Shown: positions 9,117 through 18,587 of the stretch, in pieces
Numbering within the stretch: the first letter of the stretch is position 1
Layout of the letters: the number at the start of each line of letters is the position of its first letter
NCBI GenBank assembly: GCA_965226375.1
Contig: CBDDCX010000002.1
Location: forward strand, 1-58,843
Source: Longimicrobiales bacterium
GTDB lineage: Bacteria; Gemmatimonadota; Gemmatimonadetes; Longimicrobiales; Gaopeijiaceae
DNA: 58,843 bases
Reading direction: 5' to 3'
Translations under genes and position numbers: made by a program
The notes under the pieces: generated by a model
What the model was told of the DNA's origin: nothing
The model's input: only the letters and a program-made list of their open reading frames with translations
The model's database searches: none

Positions 9117-10268
9117 ATGAGCAAGCTTCAATTGCACGACGTGGAAGACCTCGCGAAGAAGATCTCGCAAATCTTCGAGCGTGAGAGTCCGAAGGTTCCT
9201 CGCGATTACCAACGCGTCTGGAAGTTGGTCGCCCAGATGGCACTGCGGCGAGAAGCCGACGAGAAGTCTCGCGAACGCGCCGCAGCGAGCTCGGAGGAGG
9301 TGTTGGTCCCTTCGACCTCCGTCAGTAGCCTGAAGGTCGATGAATTGTCGCGAGACCGAATGGGACTCGTCGAGGCCGATATCGAAGAGCTACGTAGGTT
9401 GATACATGGCAAGACCTGGCCACCGTTCTGTGAAACCGATGAAGATTACGATCCGGCCTTGGCAAGCGTGATCGACGAAGCTCGGACCAACACGAGGGAG
9501 TGGATCAAGCGCGATGTGGTAGAGAGCCGCGGTGGTCGTAGGCTCACTGAGGCTGAGTTCGCAGCTGAGACAGCAGAGCCGCTCAGGCGAATCGGCGCGA
9601 AATCGCTACTAGACCTTCCGAAGGGTGCCTGGGACGTGCTCCGCGAACTATCAGAGGAGACCGGATTCGGCGTTGGGCAGTTGCTGTACCACGTACTGAC
9701 AGGCGAGGAGATCACGGTTCCAGTTGCTGTCATCGAGCCCGTCCGTCGCCCCAGACCGCTGCGACCTGGGCTGCCGCGACCCGCGTCTCGCCTAGTTGTA
9801 CGAATCTATCGGCCCATTACGGATCGGAAGTTACGGCCACTTCACAGGGCGATGCGTGCTGCTTGGCGAGAGACTCCAGGCGGCAAGGCGAGAGGAGACG
9901 ACGCGTTTCTCGAGATTGTCAACGAGGCCCTGGAGGGTGAATCACACCCCTGGGGGGACAAAGCATGGAAGAAGGTCCACGACCTGTGGGTCAAACGCAA
10001 GATGCCCACTCGCAAATGGTCCTCACTACGAAGCCGATATCAGAGGCTGGTCGAGAAAGTCCTTGAGGAAGTCGAGACCGGAGTCGAATACGAACCGGGT
10101 AAGCGTTGGGGTAAGGACCGGTGGGAGGGGCCAATTCGCGCGGGGTGGAAGTCAGCGGGGATGCTTGACCTCGGTTGGCAGGATCTGTGGATCCGGATGC
10201 GGAGGCTCCTGGAGCTACAGAAGCAGGTCCCGCCAGAGGACGAAGCACAGGAGAACCCTGGTGAGTGA
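9117..10268 (+). CDS. Hypothetical protein, divergent from the primase gene
   Basis: 383-aa ORF from ATG 9117; charged and helical-looking; no family recognised. Confidence 0.6.
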   Translation: MSKLQLHDVEDLAKKISQIFERESPKVPRDYQRVWKLVAQMALRREADEKSRERAAASSEEVLVPSTSVSSLKVDELSRDRMGLVEADIEELRRLIHGKTWPPFCETDEDYDPALASVIDEARTNTREWIKRDVVESRGGRRLTEAEFAAETAEPLRRIGAKSLLDLPKGAWDVLRELSEETGFGVGQLLYHVLTGEEITVPVAVIEPVRRPRPLRPGLPRPASRLVVRIYRPITDRKLRPLHRAMRAAWRETPGGKARGDDAFLEIVNEALEGESHPWGDKAWKKVHDLWVKRKMPTRKWSSLRSRYQRLVEKVLEEVETGVEYEPGKRWGKDRWEGPIRAGWKSAGMLDLGWQDLWIRMRRLLELQKQVPPEDEAQENPGE

Positions 10269-10317
10269 GCGCCCTCGGGGAGTCGACTGCCAGAAAGAGC
10301 CGTCGGAGGGGTCGCTG

Positions 10318-10455
10318 GACCCGTAAGACCCGTAAGGACGCCCGAACGACGGGGCGTCTGGACTTTGCCAGGGTGTAAGGTACCGACGGCCGCCTTACAC
10401 CCCCCGAGAGGCCGGGAACCCGCGTCAGAGAAGGAGCCTTACACCCCTTACACCT
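10318..10455. repeat. Iteron-like CCTTACACC / GTAAG repeats (candidate replication origin)
   Basis: CCCGTAAG x2 (10320, 10329); GGGTGTAAGG 10371-10380 is a perfect IR with CCTTACACCC 10393-10402; tandem CCTTACACC at 10437 and 10446. Confidence 0.55.
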
Positions 10456-10982
10456 CGGCAACCCAGAGGGAGGTCTCGTCGGAGGGCAGGGCGTCAAGTG
10501 ACGAGGCCCTCGAGGCTCCGGAGTGTCATGAGGTTCCCAGGGTACTTTCCTGGTTGGTCCTGTAGCTCGGGTCCTATCTCCCGGGCAGCGGGTCCCATCT
10601 AGAAGGCGTCGGGGTCCCCCCCCCCCGGCCTCCCTCCACGTGTAAGTCTGAAGAGCAACCGACCCCCAGCGTAGCATCCTCATAGTATGGGTGCCCTTTG
10701 ATGGCACTTCATGCCCTAGGCGTCTTTGAGACTGGATGGGGGCCGGCTCTATACTGCCGTCCACCAACCCCCCATCCGATGCAACCAACACGTCTCCGCC
10801 GCAGCCCAAACCCGGGAGGCACAAAGGCCACAAGCGGGACGGCGCGGGGGCTGTCGGACTCCCTCCAGTCTGCCTTACGTTGCCATCCACGCGGCGGATC
10901 CGCTTCAGAAGATCAAGAGGATTCGCGGTACAGTTATTAGTTAGGCGGCGGCTATTTGTAGGACACACGACCCAGGGACTGT

Positions 10983-11708
10983 ATGCCAAGAGGGCGACTT
11001 ACCGGTTCGATCAGTTGGAAACACGGGGTTGGCGCAGTCCTGCTGATCGTCGTCGGCGTTCTCATTGCCCTCGCGGCGTCAGATTGGCAGGGCCGCCGAG
11101 CTGACCGCCAGACGGAACTTGCGATCCTCAGAGAGATCACCGCGTCACTCTCGTCCGATCTGCAGCTCCTGGTGTCCGGTCTCGAGCGGTTGGAGCGAAT
11201 CAATGACCGTGGCGCTGTTCTGCGTTCGTACTTGAGTTCCGGAGCGCCGTATGCGGACTCCCTGGACACCTACTTCGGGACTATTTTCTCAATCCCCGGG
11301 GCTCTCACTCTGAATCCGGCCGCCTACGAGTCACTCAAGTCGCAGGGGTTAGGGCTCGTCTCCAGCGAGAGCCTACGCCTGCACATTGCGCGGGTCTACG
11401 AGCAGACGTATCCGCGGGCCGCACGATCCGTGGAGGCTGAGAGACAGGCCGTCCTGGATGTCGTTCGTCCTTTCTTGCTCCTCCTGTTCCAGGACGTGTC
11501 TTTTGGCCGGAGCGCGACGCCACTCAACTACGACGCGCTGGTCGCTAATGTGCCGTTCCTAAACACGCTGGACTACCGTCTTCAAATCGTCAGACAGTCC
11601 CACATACCTGCCCTGGAGCGGTCGATCTCCGAAATAGGTGAGCTGCTCGACGCCATTGTCGCCGAGGTTGGGGTCGATGGCGCCGTGAACAGCGCACCTG
11701 ATGGTTAA
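10983..11708 (+). CDS. DUF6090-like membrane-anchored protein (cassette-like)
   Basis: LLIVVGVLIAL N-terminal helix; AAYESLKSQGLGLV; 3' end runs into the IS481 terminus. Confidence 0.7.
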   Translation: MPRGRLTGSISWKHGVGAVLLIVVGVLIALAASDWQGRRADRQTELAILREITASLSSDLQLLVSGLERLERINDRGAVLRSYLSSGAPYADSLDTYFGTIFSIPGALTLNPAAYESLKSQGLGLVSSESLRLHIARVYEQTYPRAARSVEAERQAVLDVVRPFLLLLFQDVSFGRSATPLNYDALVANVPFLNTLDYRLQIVRQSHIPALERSISEIGELLDAIVAEVGVDGAVNSAPDG

Positions 11709-12813
11709 CACAAGTGTGCCACCTGATGGTTAACAGATTGGATTTCTTCCCTTGTTGCCGTGGGTGTCAAAAATGACGAAGAGTTCTTCGTCAAACCACC
11801 CGAGGGTAGTGGGTCCGAAGTAGACTTGCCACAGCGCGGGCCCGATGGGTTCGAGCCCGATGAACTCGTTGCCCAGCGCCGAGCTGATATTGATCCAACG
11901 GGAGTGCCAGCGGATGCCTCCGTTTGTAGAGACCTTACGGACCTCGAAGTGCTCGGGGTACTCGATGGGCGGAAGGACGTCGGGGTAGGCTCTGAGAGCA
12001 GATCGGTAGACTGAATCGGGTGTCGCATCGTCGAGCGCCTCATGCGGCCGGATGTGGTTGAAGGTGCGGCGGAAGTCGTTGAAGTGACGCTGCTGCGCAC
12101 TGAGGTTGGCCTTCGGCGGGCGAGTGGCTGCGCGCTTGAGGGTTCGGTGCATTCGTTCGTGTCGGCCGTTCTGCTGCGGCTTTCCAGGCTCGATGGTCTC
12201 GGGGCGGATGCCGAGACGGATCCACCAAGCGCTCAGACGTGTGAGGCGAGCGAGGCCGATGGAAGCAAAGGGCGTACCGTTGTCGGAGCGGATCACAGCG
12301 GGGAGGCCGAACTCGCGGAAAGTCCTGATAAAGACAGGCTTGGCGAGCTCGATCGACGTGGAATACAACCCCCTACACTCGAGCAGGAAACGGCTGAAGC
12401 CGTCCTGGATGGTGAGGGGATAGCAGTAGCGGCCGTTGAGCATCTTGAACTGGCCTTTGAAGTCGACCGTCCAGACCGCATTGGACTCGTCCATGGGAGT
12501 GAGTGGCTTGCCGGGATGGCCCGGCTTGCCGGAACGCCTACGCTTCTTCGTGATCAGGTCGTGACGCTCGAAAATGCGATCGATCGTCCTGCGAGCTGGT
12601 GCCGAGCCGAACTTCTGAGCAGTGAGTTTACGGATCTTGCGTGATCCCCATCGGTAGCGCTGACGCAGATCGACGATGAGTTCGACGATCGGCTCCTCTA
12701 CGGCGTGCGGGCAGTGATGGGGTCGGTGAGATCGTCCATGGAGGCCCTCGAATCCCTCAGCCAGGAAACGATTCCACCACGTGTATCCGGCGGTCCTGCT
12801 GATGCCGTAACGC
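11684..12813 (-). mobile_element. IS481-family element, 5'-truncated
   Basis: Transposase frame 11730-~12812: RYGISRTAGYTWWNRF HTH, WTVDFKG, RSDNG, NGRHER; 16-bp subterminal repeats CACCTGATGGTTAACA at 11695 and 11720; N-terminus missing at the IS110 junction. Confidence 0.88.
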
Positions 12814-13938
12814 CTACAGGACTCGGAGAAACTGAAGCTGCGTTGCTGACACCCTAGGACGATGAACCCCCCTCAATGTTTGGGGTCGACTCAGCTGCGT
12901 CGGATCAAAGACTTCTCCGGTTTTGAGTAGACGAAGGGTGAGCGCTGCGAGCTTGCGAGCCAGCGTCACACGGGCGAGCTCCTCGCGCATCCCGCGCTCG
13001 AGCATTCGGTTATAGAAGTCCAGGAATGGGCCCGGACGTCCAATGGCTACGTTGGCGGCGCCCTTGAAGACATTCTTGAGGACTCGATTGTGGTTGCGGT
13101 TCAACCCTCGAGTGAGCGGAGGGCGCCGCCGCCGGCGAGGACGCCCATCGAACAACTCGTAGTCGGAGCTCGAGCGCGTGACCACGGCGAGTCCGGCATA
13201 GGCCCACAGGTTGCGCTTCGTGCGGAAGCGCCACGGCGTACCCATGGTTGCTAGCAACAGTGCGATACGCACGGGCCCAAAGTAGGGGATCGTCTCGAGC
13301 ACCCCGAAGGCCGGATCACGCTTCGCCTCGGCGACCATGGCCGCCTTGGTCTTCTTGCGCTGAGCCCGAAGCACATCGAGCTGAGCGTACAGGGTCTCGG
13401 CTCGTAGACGAGCTCCTCCCTCCGGTAGCTGCGCGAGCCAGGCGCCGCGCTGCTTCGGCTGGTAGACTCCGCCGCCCGTGGTTCGGATCGCCCGCGCACG
13501 GAAGAGTGCCTTGAGCCGCAGCATCACGCGCGTGCCGTCTTCGACGAGGTTGCGATAGGCTCGAGTCAGCTCCTTGAGATCAGATCGGCCGTGTGCGCCG
13601 TGGTATACCGCGCGCAGCCCGCCACACCGCAACCGCTCCGACAGCTCGTCGGCATCGACCTGGTCCCCCTTGTTGCCCGAACGCTTTTCGCCTCTGCGAT
13701 CGCATACGATCACCCGATCCACACGAGGACTCAGTAGGTCGTAGAGCCACTGCGCCTGGGTTCCCTCTTCGAACACTACGTGCACCGACCCGCGCATCGC
13801 GCTGAAGAACTCCGTGATCGATGCGTCCCCCGTCTCGATCACGCTGCGCGCGATCACTCGTCCCCCTTGGCCCCGAACCGTCGCCACCGTCATTGCCTGG
13901 TGCACGTCGAGTCCCACATACTTGGTGTTCCGCTTCAT
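12814..13938 (-). mobile_element. IS110-family DEDD recombinase/transposase
   Basis: YVGLDVH, FEEG, KGDQVDA, YAGLAVVTRSS, LARKLA; upstream element end near 14014. Confidence 0.9.
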
Positions 13939-14045
13939 GAGAGCCGCCCTCTGCTGTGGTCCATGGTCGTTTCGCAACTCCACGGTACCCACAGGGGGCG
14001 TGCTTTCAAGTTGTGTTAGGCATCCAGCAGAAGGCTTGTGGAGAC

Positions 14046-14741
14046 ATGCGAAGCGCGCGGACTCAATGGATCGTGTTTGGAGCATTCATGGCCTCATGGG
14101 TGGTGCCGTGCCAACTCCGAGCTCAGGCGGTTAGCTGCAATCTGTCGGCTAGGGACGGCGGCTTGTTCACCGGTGATTGCAGGCTCGGTAGTTCGCCCCG
14201 CCCGATCGAACTGTCTCGGCCCAAGGGTGCGAGTGATGCGCTGTGGGAGGGGAGACTCGGACCCGGAACACAGCCGATGCCGATCGAGATCTCGACCTAT
14301 CAATACTCGTCGGGTCCGGAACTCATCATCCGGACCGGCGCTTGGCACACGCTGCTCGAATTCGTGGTCTCAGACGATGGGCTACGGCTCGCCTGGGACG
14401 AAGGTGTCGAGGCACCTCCATCACAGACCGACCTCGACATCTTCCTGGCAGCGCGCAACCTACTTGGCGACGAGGAGCTGTGGGACCGCGAGGACGACCG
14501 AGATTGCGAGAACGACGGATCACTCATCAGTCTCTATTGCGCGCTCGCGCGTGCGACGGCTGCCAAGATGGGACGATATCAACACCGTCAGCCGGCTATG
14601 CAGGCGGTGCGCCGCGTGATCGCGGCCGAATGGTCAGACCGCGTAGTGGATCACCGCCTGATGAACTTCAACAATGATCCACGCACCACGCTTGCTGACG
14701 TTCATCGGCTTTTCGATCTCGCGGAGGAATCTCTAACGTAG
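14046..14741 (+). CDS. Secreted protein with DUF6197-like C-terminal domain (cassette-like)
   Basis: GGAG RBS, signal peptide; WDREDDRDC...SLYCAL...HRLMNFNNDPRTT. Confidence 0.65.
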   Translation: MRSARTQWIVFGAFMASWVVPCQLRAQAVSCNLSARDGGLFTGDCRLGSSPRPIELSRPKGASDALWEGRLGPGTQPMPIEISTYQYSSGPELIIRTGAWHTLLEFVVSDDGLRLAWDEGVEAPPSQTDLDIFLAARNLLGDEELWDREDDRDCENDGSLISLYCALARATAAKMGRYQHRQPAMQAVRRVIAAEWSDRVVDHRLMNFNNDPRTTLADVHRLFDLAEESLT

Positions 14742-14914
14742 ATCGATTCGCTAAGACGACTGGATGCCTGAGATCAAGTTTGAAGTGCAACACCGACTTT
14801 ATCGGGCAAGCCGCCAAGTGTCGCCAACAACACTCGGCCGTGCCCTCCAATAGCCGTGAGGTCACCCGAGTCCCCTCCCGTACCGACCAGTTCCCGCCAG
14901 GCAACCGGAGTTTT

Positions 14915-14936
14915 TGGGGCCCCAAGTGGGGTCCCA
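14915..14936. repeat. TGGGGYCCCA direct repeat x2 (candidate arm sites at tRNA-Lys)
   Basis: TGGGGCCCCA 14915 and TGGGGTCCCA 14927, 12-bp period, about 75 bp past the tRNA-Lys 3' end. Confidence 0.45.
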
Positions 14937-14968
14937 TAGCCCCATTCTCGCCCCTAACTCACCGACAC

Positions 14969-15007
14969 GAAAAAGCCGGAAGCCTAGATGCGTCCTAGAC
15001 TTCCGGC
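14969..15007 (-). terminator. Intrinsic terminator of tRNA-Lys
   Basis: GCCGGAAGTCTAG...CTAGGCTTCCGGC followed by TTTTT on the minus strand. Confidence 0.75.
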
Positions 15008-15010
15008 GAA

Positions 15011-15083
<73 letters not shown>

Positions 15084-15399
15084 TGCGGGTAAAACTAGCC
15101 ACTAGCCCGATGAACCTCCACGGCCGTGCGTCCTCGTCGGGATGACGAGTAGCGCCAAGCGGACGTGGTCCAGGTGTCGAACCCGGGCTCATGGGGCGTC
15201 ACGAAGGCGCGAACCTTCACGCGCCCCCGCGTATTCGGCTTGTAATCGCGCTTCCTGGGCTGACCTGCCGCCCGTGAGCCCGCTTGCGAAGCCACTCCAG
15301 TCCCTCCATTACAATGCGTACCCCGACACACTGCCTATGCCCAGCCCTCGAAAAGGGAACCCACACCCATCGGGCGTCATCACGCCCGAGGAGAGAATC

Positions 15400-16587
15400 G
15401 TGATCGAGACTGAAGACCAGAGGCAGCATCCAGGCGCTGGCACCCAAGAGACCGCGGTTCAGGACCGGTACGCCACTGCCGCGCAGGCTCAAGCCCCTGC
15501 CCTCTGTTGCCCGGTGGATTACGATCCAAAGTACCTGGAGATCATCCCGGACGAGGTGATCGAACGCGACTACGGCTGTGGCGATCCCAGCCGTTACCTG
15601 AAGGCCGGCGAGACGGTCCTGGACTTGGGAAGCGGTACCGGAAAGATCGCGTTCATCGCATCGCAGGTGGTGGGTGAGACCGGCAAGGTCATCGGCGTGG
15701 ACATGACCCCGGAGATGCTCGATGTGGCCCGCCGGAACGCCCCCGTGGTCGCTGATCGGATCGGCTACGCCAACGTGGAGTTTCGGCGTGGTCGGATCCA
15801 GGACCTGGCGCTCGATCTGGACATGCTCGAGGAGCGCCTCAGCGATCATCCCGTGTCGACCACCGAGGGATAGCTCGCACTGGAGCGCATGATGTCCGAT
15901 CTGCGGCTTCTGGAGCCATTGGTAGCCGACGAGTCGGTCGATGTCGTGGTCTCGAACTGCGTTCTGAACCTGGTGGAGACCGATCAGAAGAAGAACCTGT
16001 TCCGTGAGATCTACCGCGTTCTGGCGACGGGCGGACGGGCGGTTATTTCGGATATCGTCTCCGATGAGGCGGTTCCCGAAGAACTCCAGATGGACTCGGA
16101 GCTGTGGAGCGGGTGCGTCTCGGGGGCACTCAGCGAAGACGGTTTCCTCGAAGCCTTCGAGGAGGTCGGCTTCTACGGAGTCCGTGTCCTGGAACGCCAG
16201 GCCGAGCCCTGGCAGACCGTGAACGGCATCGAGTTCCGCTCCGTGACCGTCGAAGCATTCAAGGGCAAGATGGGCCCCTGCTGGGAGCGAGGGCAGGCGG
16301 TAATTTACCGAGGACCGTTCAAAGAGGTACTCGACGACGATGATCACCGGATGGAGCGCGGCAAGCGCTACGCGGTGTGCGACAAGACTTTTCGCATCTA
16401 CGGACGGGAGCCGTACAACGAATTCTTCGATCTCATCGAGCCCCTGCAAGAGATTCCCCTAGAGGATGCCGAGCCGTTCGACTGCGACCGAACGGCGTTG
16501 CGGCATCCAAAAGAGTCGAAGGGAATGGACTACGATGTGACCACGGACCCCCAAGGCGCATGTTGTGAGCCGGGCGACTGCTGCTGA
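15400..16587 (+). CDS. ArsM-like SAM-dependent methyltransferase with in-frame TAG at 15871-15873
   Basis: GAGGAG RBS + GTG 15400; LCCP, YGCGDP, VLDLGSGTG, SNCVLNL, WSGCVSGA, C-terminal CC..CC; the two ORF-track pieces are in the same frame. Confidence 0.8.
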
Positions 16588-16621
16588 TGCAACGTCCGGT
16601 GGCTCGGTGAACCGCGGGACT

Positions 16622-17554
16622 ATGGCGCACGCCGAGTCGGTGGCGACACAGGGGATCCCTTCGGACGCCGCGCCAGTGGTGACACACCCGCGTCGGGAAT
16701 CCCCTTCGGTGGGCCTCCGGTCCCTCGACACCCTGTGGTTCCAGGTCGGCGGAACGCTGTGCAACCTCACGTGCAGCCACTGCTTCATATCCTGCTCGCC
16801 CACGAATCACACCCACGAGTTCCTGAGTCTGGAGACCGTACGTTCGTATCTCGAGGAAGCTGTGGAGCTGGGAGTAAAGGAGTACTACTTCACCGGCGGA
16901 GAACCCTTCATCAACGGCGAGATGGAGGCGATCCTCTCCGAAACGCTCCGAGTCGGGCCCGCCACCGTGCTGACGAACGGCCTTCTCCTCGATCCGGAGC
17001 GGTGTGCCCGCTTGGCCGCGCTGGCGGAAGGATCCGACTACTCCCTCGACCTGCGCATCTCGCTCGACGGATACACGGCCGAGGCGAACGATCCTATTCG
17101 AGGCGAAGGAACGTTCGAGAGAATCCTCGAGGGCGCACTGAACGCGGCCGAGGTCGGGCTCAATCCGGTTCTAACGGTTACGGATGTCCACGAGGACAAT
17201 GCCACCGATCAGGGGCGCGCGCGCTTTCTCGAGCTGCTAGCCGCACGGGGCATCACACGTCCCAGGCTCAAGGTCCTCCCGGTCTTCCGCCTCGGGGCCG
17301 AGGCCGAGCGCTCCGGCGCCTACGAGAGCTGGCAGAGGCTGTCGGCGACGGACACACCCGAAGACGGCTGGAACCACCTGCAGTGCTCCTCGTCTCGTAT
17401 GGTCACTGACCAGGGCGTCTGGGTGTGTCCGATCCTGGTGAACGAGCCGTCGGGCCGGATGGGAGAGCGGCTTGCCGACACCCTGGGCGACTTTCCACTC
17501 GCACACCAGGCATGCTGGACGTGCCACGTCTACGAGGTGAGTTGCCGGACATGA
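16622..17554 (+). CDS. Radical SAM protein (ArsS-like neighbourhood)
   Basis: CNLTCSHC (CxxxCxxC), FTGGEP, extra C-terminal Cys (CSSSRM, VCP, CWTC). Confidence 0.88.
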   Translation: MAHAESVATQGIPSDAAPVVTHPRRESPSVGLRSLDTLWFQVGGTLCNLTCSHCFISCSPTNHTHEFLSLETVRSYLEEAVELGVKEYYFTGGEPFINGEMEAILSETLRVGPATVLTNGLLLDPERCARLAALAEGSDYSLDLRISLDGYTAEANDPIRGEGTFERILEGALNAAEVGLNPVLTVTDVHEDNATDQGRARFLELLAARGITRPRLKVLPVFRLGAEAERSGAYESWQRLSATDTPEDGWNHLQCSSSRMVTDQGVWVCPILVNEPSGRMGERLADTLGDFPLAHQACWTCHVYEVSCRT

Positions 17555-18576
17555 GCAACGCCCACAAGGGGAAGGCCACGTGGGGCGAGCGTCTCGTCCC
17601 CCTCCAGGACTTCCGCGCTGCGGCCGAGAACCACGGCCGAGCGCTCACGGATGAGGACCGCCGAGCCGCCGTAGAGCAGTACCTGGCCCCGGTCGACGAC
17701 GCCACACCCGTGGAGGGCGCGTTCGGGCGGATCGCCGTGTTCGGAGGGGTCTACAACAACCGCTTCGGCCTCGAGGCTCTCCTCGACGACGCCCGTAGCC
17801 GGGGGGCCGAGGCCGTCTATTGTCTGGGCGATCTCGGGGGCTTCGGGCCGAACCCGGAAGCCGTCTGGCCCTTGCTGGAATCAGGAGGCGTCCGGACGAT
17901 TCAAGGCAACTACGAGCAGTCCCTGGCCGCCGATCGGAGCGACTGCAACTGCGGCTACACCGACCCACGGGACAACCACTTCGCCCACCTGTCGTACAGC
18001 TACACCGAGCGGCACTGCTCACCCGAGTTCAAGGCTTATATGGACCAGCTCCCCGCCAGGCGTCGGGTCCGGGTCGGAGATCGAGAGCTGCTCCTCGTTC
18101 ATGGATCTCCCCGAACGGTCAACGAGTTCCTCTTTGCATCGACCACGTCGACGGCCTACCTGGAAGCGCTGTGCGACGAGAACCGCTGTGACGGGATTCT
18201 TTGCACGCACACTGGCCTGCGATGGTACCGGCGCCTCCCGTCGGGGCGGGACGTGGTGAACGTGGGAGTGATCGGGCGACCGGCTAACGATGGTAGCACC
18301 AACGTGTGGTACGCGATTCTCTCGGCGGACGACGGCGGTTCGGCGCAGGGCACCGGCTCAGCCGACAGTGGCGGCTCGGCCGGCAGCGGCGGTTCGGTGA
18401 ACGGCGGCGGACTCCACGTCGAGTTGGTCCCGCTCGAGTACGACCACGACTCCCTCGCGGCCGATATGCGGCGAGAGCAGCTTCCGGAGGAATTCGTCGA
18501 GACGATTCTTACAGGGTGGTGGACGACCTGCCTGGAGATCCTTCCCGCCAAAGAGCGGGCCGCTTCGAGGTTTTAG
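17551..18576 (+). CDS. Calcineurin-like metallophosphoesterase
   Basis: CLGDLGGFGP, QGNYE, LVHGSP, CTHTG, NVGVIG; ATGA overlap with the radical SAM gene; first motif is GGVYNN instead of DxH. Confidence 0.82.
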   Translation: MSNAHKGKATWGERLVPLQDFRAAAENHGRALTDEDRRAAVEQYLAPVDDATPVEGAFGRIAVFGGVYNNRFGLEALLDDARSRGAEAVYCLGDLGGFGPNPEAVWPLLESGGVRTIQGNYEQSLAADRSDCNCGYTDPRDNHFAHLSYSYTERHCSPEFKAYMDQLPARRRVRVGDRELLLVHGSPRTVNEFLFASTTSTAYLEALCDENRCDGILCTHTGLRWYRRLPSGRDVVNVGVIGRPANDGSTNVWYAILSADDGGSAQGTGSADSGGSAGSGGSVNGGGLHVELVPLEYDHDSLAADMRREQLPEEFVETILTGWWTTCLEILPAKERAASRF

Positions 18577-18587
18577 GTCGTACGTAT

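Noticed and set aside
10590..10640. Phage cos-like poly-C tract
   Set aside because: Only a homopolymer; no terminase or HNH gene nearby
15871..15873. Pyrrolysine or amber recoding in the methyltransferase
   Set aside because: It is not a methylamine methyltransferase family member, the window has no pyl genes or suppressor tRNA, and TAG is a normal stop in core genes
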